Source: Dudresnaya verticillata (taxonomy: Eukaryota). Taken from it: 64,000 nucleotides of DNA. The notes under the pieces are model-generated. The model was not told the origin of the DNA, ran no database searches, and saw only the letters and a list, made by a program, of their open reading frames with translations. The translations under genes were made by a program, and so were the position numbers. The stretch spans positions 1,426,001-1,490,000 of the forward strand of contig OZ374558.1 of the NCBI GenBank assembly GCA_977862235.1. The letters are read 5' to 3'. How positions within the stretch are numbered: the stretch's first letter is position 1; every line of letters begins with the position of its first letter. This document shows positions 34,269 to 45,700 of this stretch, piece by piece.

Positions 34269-34730
34269 TCATAGGTTTTGCGATTGCCCCGGGCCAAGCA
34301 CCTGTTTACTAGAAACTACGGTTGCTCGAGCCAAGGACCTATTCCGTATTATGGAGAATGCAAGATAGGTCTTCGGCTCGCGCGGCATAAATCGCTCCGG
34401 ATTTGTGCTACGAGATTTGTCGCAGAATACCTCTCGTAATTTACCGTCTGCGCACGAGAAGCGTTTGACGCCCGTGCCAACCAAGCGCTTGTGGCATTCA
34501 CAGTTAATTCTGAACCGACTTTCTGCGCGTGACGTTGCAAAGCGTGCAGCTTCATCGGCAGCTTCATCGGCCTTTTCGGCGGCCCGTGGGTTTCTTCTAC
34601 CGCGCATCACATCGGTAGCAGAACTTGGTGGGGTGGGAGGTTGCGGCCGCGGTGGGGTGGCAGAAGGGTGGGGGGAAGGGCGGGTGCAGTCTGCCAAACG
34701 GCGGTGGGTGGGTGTGCCAGGCGGTTGCAA
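34269..34730 (-). CDS. Hypothetical Pro-rich protein fragment
   Basis: 153-aa ORF without an ATG start and with no recognisable domain; likely a decayed gene. Confidence 0.25.
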   Translation of the reverse strand: MQPPGTPTHRRLADCTRPSPHPSATPPRPQPPTPPSSATDVMRGRRNPRAAEKADEAADEAARFATSRAESRFRINCECHKRLVGTGVKRFSCADGKLREVFCDKSRSTNPERFMPREPKTYLAFSIIRNRSLARATVVSSKQVLGPGQSQNL

Positions 34731-35176
34731 TAGGCTGTGGTATCAGTGCAGTGCCAGGGTGGCTCTCCCTCTCCCTCGCCCTGGCATTTGCGCTTCGGTG
34801 ATTTCGGCACGTGCCCTGCTGCATGCAGCGCTGCAGCGACTGGGTGGTATCGACAACGCAAACGCGAGGATTTGAGTCCCGTGCACAGAACGACCAAGAA
34901 GCGCAAACCAAGTTAGCAAATCATCGCATTGGAAGCATGTAGTACCGAATATGTTTTAGAGTTTGCATGAAGGTTGAAGACGTACTCCCTTGCCACATAG
35001 TGTAGCGTAGCTACAACTTAGGACACTGAGGCGTCTCTAAATAAATCACACATTTCGACAATGTTAGTGCGCCGAAGTAGGCCGGCGATCCTGCGGAGAG
35101 GTAGTTGCGGGCGGAGGGGTATGGCCTGCATGGCCTGGACGACGTGCTTTCCGCGGACAAGTTCGCGTCACATGAT

Positions 35177-35611
35177 TCAGATCACGTCAGGGTGCCTGCT
35201 GCATGCGAACGGGCTGCGATTGCGCGTATTAGCGCCCCAGACCAGCCGAGCTCTCCGCTTAAGATCAGCCAAGTCTGCTAGCTGTTTATCGAGCAGCTTA
35301 CTTTTATCGTCTCGCCAAAAGATGACATGGAGGTCTATCGCTTTTCGTCGTTGGAGCATATGGCAACCGTCAAGACTTTTGCAATCTTCTGCGACGATGA
35401 TGTCATCGTCTGTGACTTTTCTCCCTGCTTTCGCGCAGTAAGGCGACAACATCACCCATGAAATCTTGCGCGGTTGTTCTCTAACATCCTTGCGTCTCTT
35501 GACGACGAGTGCGAGGATCTGAGCGATACATTTCGGGATGCTTCGTTGGCGCCGTTGGTACCCGTTGGAATAATTATCTTCAACTGTCGAATTAGCGGAG
35601 CGCGTTGTCAA
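35177..35611 (-). CDS. Hypothetical protein fragment
   Basis: 144-aa ORF, protein-like composition only. Confidence 0.25.
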   Translation of the reverse strand: MTTRSANSTVEDNYSNGYQRRQRSIPKCIAQILALVVKRRKDVREQPRKISWVMLSPYCAKAGRKVTDDDIIVAEDCKSLDGCHMLQRRKAIDLHVIFWRDDKSKLLDKQLADLADLKRRARLVWGANTRNRSPFACSRHPDVI

Positions 35612-37176
35612 CGCGAGTGTGAAGGACCTTCAAGTCCCTCTCTGCAGCATGCTGAACGCCTCGGTACGACAAATGAGAAGTTAGAGACGCAATGGTTGTG
35701 GCAATTGGCGCGGCAGTTGAGGTCTCGAGCGACGGATTGCTAAATCATCTTGCAATACAATTGCGAGACCGGGACTATTTGCTACGAAATGCCGCTCTAA
35801 GGCAGGTCATTGGTTTCTATAATAGAAAGCTGTTTCTATAATAGAAAGCTGGGCGGGACATCCAAGCAGCGCAAAAACCAGGAGGTTGGTAATGTTGGTG
35901 ACTCGCATACTGGAGAAGACGAAGACTTCAGCCTTGCTTTGCCAAAATCTCGTGACGAATCCGCGTCTAGCATCGATGACAGACTGGAGCGAAGAATCAC
36001 AAAAAACAGAAACCCGGGTAATGCGACGCAAGTGGTTGCTTGATGTGCCTGTTCAAGCAAATACAGCACTGAGGAATGCTGGTGACAATGCCACCGCTAC
36101 GGGTATCGTGGCGCTCTCTGCGCGCACGGTACTGTATGTGCGGCGGTCGATGCGTGCGCATTACAGTGGGCGGGCACGGCGCTAGACGCGCACGTGCCCT
36201 GTAACCACAGTATTGAACACGTCATCTACGAAAAGATTCCAAGTTACAAAAGCAATGATGAGCATGTTTCCAGGGTAAGACATGTGCTGCTATGTTCCTT
36301 TCAAACCCAGAGGACAGCTGCTTCGCACACGTTATATCATTATCTCATGAACGGCAAAAGGTACGTGAAGCATTGGCGGCAATAGGCAACTACCTTCTTG
36401 CCTCTAGAAGGACCAAATATCAAGCTGCTAAGAATAGCCTATTCTTTCCTCACTAAGTGGGGATGATATTGCCAACGAAACTAGCGACGTCGCCCCGGCT
36501 ACGTGTTCTAAAGGAAAAGCTACTCCAAATAAGCCTGGTTCTGTAAAGATGGACATTTCTGACGCCCATGAAGTATGCGAGAAGAATGCTACAGCTGTTG
36601 ACGGCTGTTCCACAGATAGGGAGAGGCTTCGAGATGCCGTTTCATTGGTTCCAAAGTGGCCTATGGACACCTGCTTGCAAGAGCAGGTAATTCCAATATG
36701 TCTGCCTGGATTATTTACGTCTCTCCACTTTATCGCTGCATGTGAGTTGGATGTAGGAGATAGCAAGCCGTCTTGTCTCTTTGAACAATCAGAAGCTGGT
36801 ACTGGTGTTGGTGGGGGTGAGGCAGATTTTCGGACTGCCTTACGCGGCGTCTTTCGATAGTATGGCAAGGTATTATACCTTTAAATCGCTCTCAGACACT
36901 CCTCTGGGCTCGTTCAACACAATGTGAAACCGATTTGCGCTATGGTCACAACCTCATTGCACTGCTGTAACCCCTGTGGCGCGTCGGGAAAGCTCCGAGT
37001 ATGCAAATCTACAGTTACATGAACGGACCACCGGCTTTGGCGAGCAGAGCGAGGCGGACGCGGTGTGGTAGAGGGGCACGGCGGAAAGGCGCGCACACCG
37101 GCCCGGGCGGTGATGTGCGCGCAGAGAGATGTACTAATGGTGGTTATCGTGCCATAACGGTTTCGGAACAGATCTT

Positions 37177-37718
37177 CTAGGATTCGGAGCGGGAGGATCG
37201 TTGGCTGGATTGGGCCTCCACAGATGTCATCACCGCTTGTAGGGCAAACATAGCCTGCGATAAGGCCAATGCTATACTGCGATGGACCCGATGGAAGACA
37301 CTGCCAAGCATGCGCAGAGCCGCTCGCTGCAGACGGGCAACCAGCTGACTTAGCTCATCCTGAGCGCTCCTAAGTTGCTGGAATTCTTCTTCAAGCTCAA
37401 CGAGTTGCGCCTCGACATCTTCGAGACTTATGTCTTCCGTTTGCATCAGGCTTGTTCCGTGACTTCAGACTCCTCGTTTCTGCGGGCAAGGCGGCCCTGC
37501 AAAGCCGCGATATGTACCCTTGCTTCTGTAAGTTTCTCCTGGATGAAGATAAGCAGACGGTTGATTTGACACACAACTGGCCACCCTAGTCGTTGAAGCT
37601 CACGCGACAAGTACGATACCGTCACCCGAATGGTCCTGATCTCCCCCTGTAGTGTTGCTATTCTCTCCTGAGCGGAATGCAGCCTCCCTTCTCTTGTCTC
37701 TTGATACATGTTGTGCAT
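37177..37718 (-). CDS. Two abutting short coiled-coil ORFs (37446-37718 and 37177-37446)
   Basis: Both start with ATG, overlap by one base (TGATG) and show heptad-like E/Q/L/R patterns. Confidence 0.4.
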
Positions 37719-38481
37719 AAGGTAGAGTTTGGAACGTTTGTCTCATGGCGAACTTCAAATTTGCAGACTGGTACTTCATGCAAAGGTTGGCGCATGTTCG
37801 CAAACGGGTGAAAAGCCAGCTGTAGACCACGGCAGCTCATTGGATTGACTTGTCCTTCTTCTGCAAAAAATATCACGGGGTATCGAGACGTAAACATCAA
37901 CGCAGCCGGCAGCCGGGGTCGTACTTCTCAGCCCCTCTCGATGCTATTTCTTATCCTTGACGCCCATCAATACTACCCGCTTGTGGTCGCATGGCGGAAT
38001 CGAGCAGTCTGCAGGGCGTACCCTTGCAATACCGAGTACTGCTTCTTGATTGACGGGACTCGAGATTCGCGACTTGTCCGTTCTGATTGGTAACATGGCA
38101 CGCTCGTCTCTCGAATCAGACTGTTTTGTTCGCACTGGCGCAATAGTGTATGGCGGAATGGAGTGGTGCATACAGAGCGAGAGGGAAGCCTTTCCAATAC
38201 CAGTCGTTTTAACTGCGATCCGTAGCAACTGTGGGCATGCGTAAGCCTGTCATGCAGAACGCCCCACCGCCACTGGAACAGTATTATGTCGGTGTCGTTT
38301 CAGAAGCGCCCTCGGCCCTCCCGAATATTTCAGCTCTTCAGAACAAGTAGCGCACAGCTATAGCGCCCTAGCCGGAACATCGATTTTGTTCCTTCATTTC
38401 GCCCGCCCTGAGTGCAAGGAGCATCTTGCACTAGTGCATTGCAAAAGGCTTAGACTCCCCTGCCGAAAGGGGTAGTAGGAC

Positions 38482-39425
38482 ATGGCCCAAGCCTCATCTG
38501 GGCAGGTTTCGAAAGCAGCAAACGTTCCAGTTCAGAACGACGACGACTTCGGCGATGAGCTGCTTCCCGGAACAAAGCCCGGCGCACGAGTCATGCTCAC
38601 TCTCAACGGGGAACACGTTGCTACAGCAACCCTGCTACGACCTCATGATTCTAGGGAGGGTGCTGTTGATCCCAGTGGTCGACTCAGCACATGCCTGCAC
38701 GGGCGCAATCTTGGGCCTCAACAACGTGATGGAGAAGTATAGGTTGTAGTTCACCTCGTGCGATGCCTCCACAACTGCAATTCCTACGAAAACCCGTTCC
38801 AGTACAAACCAGGCAGTACGCCTTGTCCGGAGACACTGAGTCGAATGCAGACTGGAAAACACGCCTGGGACCTATTCCAGATTGAGGATCTCGTAACCAT
38901 CTACAATACAGAGCGCAGAAAAAGCTCAGGTGCGACTGTCTCGGCAGTGGAAAACGTGCGGTGGCTGATGCGAACCCACCAACACCCCCTCTGCTCAGGG
39001 TTCGCAAATCCGCGCCTCATCCAAAACAGCCAGCATGGTGCAGAAGAAATGGAAGCGGTGAACAGCCCTTCAACACCACCGCCAGAGAAAGGCAATGAAG
39101 AGGAAGATGTCACAAAACTTCTGCAATACACACCTGTACGCCGGCCACCTATGCGTGAACGACCCAAGAAACCATCCAAGAATAACGTCCCGGACGCCTT
39201 CCCAGTCTCTTCAGCCCCATTGTCTCTTGAACCCACTGAACACCCACGACTATACCCAACACGGATTTCCGGGTTTTCAGAATCAGTGTCGCGAATCAGT
39301 CTGAAAAAAATGTCATGGAATGACGCTTTCTATATCGCGTTAGACTGGGGAGAGGGAGCTGAGAAGAATGGTGGAATCAGTTTTGGGATAGCATGTATGG
39401 TTGCGGAGTTATGGCGTGCTGCATA
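38482..39425 (+). pseudogene. Gene with an En/Spm Tnp1-C-like domain, internal stop at 38740-38742, apparently truncated at 39426
   Basis: ORFs 38482 and 38758 are in the same frame: PGARVMLTLNGEHVATA..LHGRNLG..VVVH..PF..PETL..AWDL, similar to the C-terminus of piece D. Confidence 0.55.
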
Positions 39426-39754
39426 TAGGGGTGAAATGTCCCGAAACTTTCGCGAAAGTTTGGAAAGTTTCGTAATTTCTGGATTAAAATTTAGCCAGAA
39501 ATTGCGCTGCCCCCTGCCGCCCTTCGGGGGGGCGCCTGGGCGCGTACGGGCGCCTGCGCCCGCGCTCCGGCATGTCTGGCCCCGCTCGCCTCACCCCCCG
39601 CCCTGCCCTGGGCTGGGACCAAGGGCGCAGTGTCGCCCCACACGACTAGTACTGTTTGGCCCAGATTTACCCTGGCTCACCAGTATCACCCCTCCGTCTC
39701 GTGGCCATCATTCCACTCCAGGTCCAGTGCGGCACCTGTGTCGCACCACCTCTA
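39426..39754 (+). mobile_element. Probable hAT-type DNA transposon terminus (continues 47151-47290)
   Basis: TAGGGGTGAAA (one mismatch to the Ac/Ds TIR TAGGGATGAAA), followed by subterminal inverted repeats and an abrupt composition change. The partner TIR was not found. Confidence 0.45.
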
Positions 39755-42700
39755 TGTTGAGGACATGGTCGCTGGCGCCTCACGTCACGGGTCAGGTACC
39801 CCAGATGGTACCCTGGCACGCTTTCACCAAACCTTCCGGAGACGACAGCCCTTTTTCCGGGCTTCCAAAATCACGGCGCATTTAGGCCTTTTGCAAAAGC
39901 AACGTGAAACGGGCTTCTGATTGGTTGTTACAAACCGCCTCCATGGTCTATATGGCTTACAAGTGTTGTGCTGGAATTGGCGGTTATAACAGGAACGGCC
40001 AAGTGGAACGATGTGATTGGACCACATGGATGCACGTGGTATGGCATGGAATGGTACTGGTATGACGCGCACTGTACTCCACAAGTACATATGAACGTGC
40101 CATGCAATGTGCTGATGGCGTCTGAGTTGGTACTGCAGGGACTTGCGCTACGTGGAGCCTGGCTTGTGATATCAACAGATGCAGTTGTCGTGCGGCCGAC
40201 ACGTTGGTTTACAGTGGGCACGTCGCTGTCGTGCGGCCGACACGTTGGTTTACAGTGGGCACGTAGCTGTCGTGCGGCCGACACGTTGGTTTACAGCTGC
40301 CACGTAGGCAAATCTGGGTGATTACGTGGTCAATGATCCAAGTTGGATATTCATGGACGGACTTCAGCTCGTAAGTGCGGCCACGTGGTGTGCAGTGTTG
40401 TCCGACAGTAGCCATGCGGGGACACTCGATACTTTCGAGTTCCCGCCCAAAGTTGGAGTACATATGGATGGCAGGAAATGCGGTCGCAAGAGGGATTGCT
40501 GATGTCAGCAGTTAGCAACACTGGTGTGCAAGTTCCCGCCCATTTTGGTGGCGGATGTGAGTGTGCTGAGAGTATGATTTGGTAGATTTAATTGCTTTAC
40601 TTTTTCCCGCCCATTTGATGATAGGGATTTTGGGCGTTTCTTTAATGATTTGTTTTGTTTGTGTTCACGCAGCAACTCATCCGAAAAGCTGATATAAGCC
40701 ATGTCGGATGGTCGACTGCAGTAAACGAAGTCAAGCGACTTCCATTTCTCATCTTGTTCAACTCCAACCTCTCCATATTCCTTTTCAGGTTATGGGCCCA
40801 GAAGGTCGACCTACGCAGACTTCATCGCTTCGCTGCAACCTTCTTCCTTTTTCTTTTCATTCTTGATACTGTCCTGTCCCGTCCTGGCCTGTCCTGTCTG
40901 CTTGTGTCCTGTCCTGTCGGCTTGTGTCCTGTCCTGTCTGCTTGTTGTCTGTTGAAAGTGGTCCCTATCCCACTGTGTCGGCTTGTGTCTCTGATTTTGT
41001 GAGAGAGTTCTCGAGGCTCTCGTCCGCTGTTGTCTTGGTCCGTGAGCTTGCTGAGAGGTTGAGTGTTGTGCGTGGTGACTCTCGTTAAGTCAGGACCTCG
41101 TTGGCCTAGGGGAGCAGCCTCCAGTAAGATCCAGAACCTTGACACGGTTGGGCCTAGTTCCATTCCTGCAAGAGACTGGACCTGTTCGTGTGGTGAACAC
41201 TCGTTTTGAGTTAGTACCCATAAGGTGGACGTCTCGTAAGGATTGCATACTTCGTGTCTGTGTGCGCACGACACGAAAGGGTGTGAGCTGCACTGCTCTG
41301 CTTAACACGACTATTACCCTCTTGGCATCGACACTGTTGCACTAACAGCACTGCCCCAAGTTCACCAAGTTTTCTAAAACTATTCAAGTTATCTCTTCTC
41401 ACCATCAGTCCCAACAGCTATGACTGATACCGAAGCCGAGATGGATACTTCGAGCGGGGTCAAGATACCCCGTTTCCACGGCAGGAGAGGTGACGACTAC
41501 AGTCTCTGGCGTCATCGCCTTCGTGCCGCATGCCGCATCAAAGGGGTTTGGAATGCTGTCCACACCTCAAACGACACACCGAGCAGCTCACAGTCAACTG
41601 GAGAGGCCTCAGCGGATACTTCCATTCTTCACGCCAGAACCTTGGCCAAACGTGAGAAGGCTTGCGGGATCATTATCTCCGCACTTGGTGATGCTCCGCT
41701 TCGTGTCGTTATGGAGGTTGATGATGACCCCAAACGCATGCTGGAGCTATTGGACTCGCGCTATGCGTCCAGTCGAACCGTATCCCGTATCGCCGTACAG
41801 ACCAAGCTATTCCGTATGACGTACACCGGTCAGAATATGTCCAACTATGTCGACCAGTACACGTCACTGTTCGCCCAACTCGACCGCATGGGCAACGACT
41901 CGGCGATACCGGAGACACATAAGGCACCTATGCTGCTTGCTTCCATTGATCCGTCCTGCCACCTGGAGTCAACAGCTGCAGCTCTTCGCACCAAAGATGC
42001 TGCTGAGCTGACTTGGGACTACGTCGCAACCACGCTGATCGATGAGTACAACGCCAAAGATTCTCATGGATCAAACGCAGGTGGGAGATCCAGTAAGTCG
42101 AAGAGTCGTCGGAAGAAGAAAAAGAAGTCCGCGTCGTCAGGTTCTCGCCAGCAACACAACCCGCTGGATGACAACGACGACTCCGATGACTCTTCTGATA
42201 TTGAATCCACCGTCCGTGCGTTGGCGGTTGCACTCAAGTCCGCCAAGCAGGCTCACTCCACCCCGAACCGGCACCTTCACTGTGATGTTTGCGACAAGGA
42301 TGGACACACCGCGGATCGATGCTATCTAAATCCGGAAAATCCTAACAACAAGCTTCCTCCAAAGGTGCGACAGATGTTCACCAACCAGGGCAAAAAGGGC
42401 AACGCCAACTCGGCGGTAGCTGCATCTGGTAAGAATAATGGTAAATCTGCAAAGGTAGAAATCGCCGGTGCATCGGTTGAGATGACTACTGTTGTTCCTC
42501 CGAACGACCAAGGAACGTATGCCGACAGTGGAGCAACTGTGCATTGCTTCCACTCAATGACTTCTTTTGTACCGAGCTCAGTATCGCGCTGCGAAAAGCG
42601 TACTGTAGTGCTTGCGGACAAGTCGTCTGTCACCTCAGACCTATGTGGAGATGTGATTCTGCCGTTTGAGCATGCCAATATTCGGCTCAAGAAGGCCCTC

Positions 42701-45700
42701 TTCATCCCGCAGATGGGATACAATCTTGTCTCTACTGGGCGTTTGGCAGATAAAGGAATTGAATCCCACTTTCGCCGCTTGGACGTGCGCTTGGTACTCG
42801 ACTCTGATGGGTACTATATTGGATCCGGTGTTCGCGATGCGAGTTCTGGAATGTACATGCTACCAGAACCCGAGCCGCACACTTCGGAGGAGCAAGTACT
42901 GGCTGTCCCCAGCACGCAGCAAACTACTGAGCTCTGGCATCGACGTCTTGCCCACATTAATTTTCGGGACTTGGCCAAAGTGCACGAGCATGTTGAGGGT
43001 GTTCCGGAGTTGGGCTCCACTCATGAAGTGTGTCGGGCTTGTAGGCTTGGGAAAGCACACAAACAATCATTCCCAGGGCACTTCCGCCCGGCCAAAGCTG
43101 TCGGTGATCTCGTGCATTCCGACATTGTGGGTCCAATCCAGATCTCCTTTCCCGATCGTTTCCGGTATGCCACGACGTTTCTGGATGATAAATCCCGTTT
43201 CTTGGTCGTCGCATGTATGAGAAGTCGCCGTATGTTGAGTGCAGCATTTGATCAAGCTTCAGCAAAGTTTATCGAGCTTGGAGGAGCGGAAATAACAAAA
43301 CTCCACTCAGACGGGGCTCAGGAGTATTTGGCTTTGCAGAAAGATTTGGGAGGAGTTGGAGACAGTGGCAAATCCTTCTCCCCACCTTATACTCCGGAGC
43401 TCAATGGAATCGCGGAAAGGGTGAACCGAACCATGGTGGAAGCTGCCCTGACTTTGCTGATCCAGGCTGATCTACCGGGATGTTTGTGGCCGTTTGCACT
43501 GAAGCATGTCAACTACGTGCGCAATCGGGTACCACACTCAACCGTTGGGGCTACGCCATACTCGGTCATGACAGGTGATGTTCCTGATTTAAAACATTTA
43601 AGAGTGTTTGGATGTGCTGCATATGTCCTAAGGCTCCCACGCGGATCCAAGTTCGAGTCTCGTGCACTTGAGGGGGTGCACTTGGAGACTCTAGAGCATG
43701 GGATCTACAGGATATTGGTCACTGGCGGTGACGGTATACCTCGTGTGGTTGAGTCGCGGCATGTCACATTCGACGAGTCCAAATTCCCGGGTGCTCCAAG
43801 CCTGTTGGAATATGGGCAGGACGAGGCAGATTCGGATGAAGATTACGAGTCTAACTCAGAGGCCTCTATTTGCAACTCGGACTCTGATGAAGATGTATCG
43901 CTTGGTAACTTTGAGGATGAAGAGGATGCAATTGAAGTTGACACACCTTCTTCACCTCCACTACCTCCATCAGAACCCAGCTCATTCGAATCTGATGACA
44001 CGGCTGAGGAAGAAAACGTCTCTGACAGTCCTCCGGCTGGTGTGAGTTCAGATCCAGAACGCCAGCAACAGAGTCGATATCCTCGTCGCCAACGTCGCCA
44101 GACGTCGAAATGGTTTATGGCGAGCTCTGCACAAGCTGAACAACAGGTTGCCCTCACAACGGGAGATGAGCCAACTCTTCGAGAGGCCATGTCTGCCACT
44201 CCGGAGGAGCGCGGGTTGTGGCAATCTGCCATTGATGATGAGTTCGCATCCTTGGAATCCAAAGGCACTTGGGTCCGTGATGACAGTCCCGGTGCACAGC
44301 CGCTTCCAACGCACGCCGTGCTGAAAGTTAAACGCAAGTCCGACGGGACGGTCGAGCGCTTCAAAGCGCGGGTCGTCGCTGGTGGAAACTTCCAGACGTA
44401 TGGTGAAGACTACATGGAAACATACGCCCCAGTTGTGTCGTTCTCGCTGGTGCGCATGTTCCTATACTTGGTACTGTGTTTGAACCTGTTTGTTGCACAG
44501 CTAGACGTGAAGACGGCTTTCCTGAATGGTGATCTGGCAGAACACGTGTGGGTAATGTCACCGCGTGGGATTCCTGGAAGGGAATCTCTCTGTTACAAAC
44601 TTCTGAAAGCTATGTATGGGCTAAAACAGGCTCACCTAGCTTGGCACACCAAGCTGTGTGGTGACCTTGCTAGGATGATGTTTGAGGAATTGCCAAGTGC
44701 ACCTTGCGTGTTTCGTCGCAAATCCAAGTCTTCTGGATACGCATACATCTTGGTGTACGTTGATGACTTGCTCATCCTCGCGCCCACAAAGGCGGAGAGA
44801 GACGCCATTGTTAAGGAGCTGCAGGGCCTCTACGATCTACGGCTGTCTGAAGGGGTTGACCTCTTCCTCGGAGTCGAGCTTGGATGGAAGCTAGACTCTG
44901 ATGGCAGATTTGTGTCCCTCAAGATGACTCAACAGGTCTACACGGAAAGTGTTCTTCGTCGATTTGGACTTCAGAACTCTAAGCCGGCTTGTACGCCGAT
45001 GGTTGAGTCTTTCTTCACTGGACTTGCCGCCGAAGAGGACAAGGCCGTCGTGTCGGTTGAGACGTACCAGCAGATGATCGGGTCACTTCTGTACTTGGGG
45101 CTTCGCACAAGGCTGGATATTTTGGCCTCTGTGCTTATCCTCGCACGGTTCCAGAAGGCTCCAACTGCGTACTGTCACCGTGGTGTAAAGAGGGTTCTGC
45201 GATATCTTCGAGGCACTCACAAGCATGGAGTTACGTACCAGTCCGGAAGCACTCGTATCCAAGCTTATGTGGACGCTGACTATGCCGGTGACACCACAGA
45301 CCGAAAATCTATGTCTGGTTACATGGTGAAACTGGGAGATGCAGTGTGTATTTGGGGATCCAAGAAGCAGTCAACTGTTGCTCTCTCAACTTGCGAGTCG
45401 GAGTACTATGCAATGACTCTGGCTGCGAAAGAGACGGTTTGGGTCACGCGAGTGCTGAAGGAGGCCGATTTGAACGTCGAAGGCCCGGTTCCATTGAGAT
45501 CAGACAACCAGTCTGCCATCAATTGGGCTACTGGAGAACGCTGTCCGTCTGGTCGTGCCAAGCACATCGACGTTCGTGTACACTTCATTCGCGAACTTGT
45601 CGCCGACTCTGTTCTGGAAGTGGTGTATGTGCCGTCAGAAGACAACGACGCGGACTTGCTGACAAAGCCACTCGGGCCCACTTTGCTCAATAGGATTCTA

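Noticed and set aside
34625..34715. G-rich tract as a functional G-quadruplex
   Set aside because: Adequately explained as Pro codons of a minus-strand ORF; no independent support.
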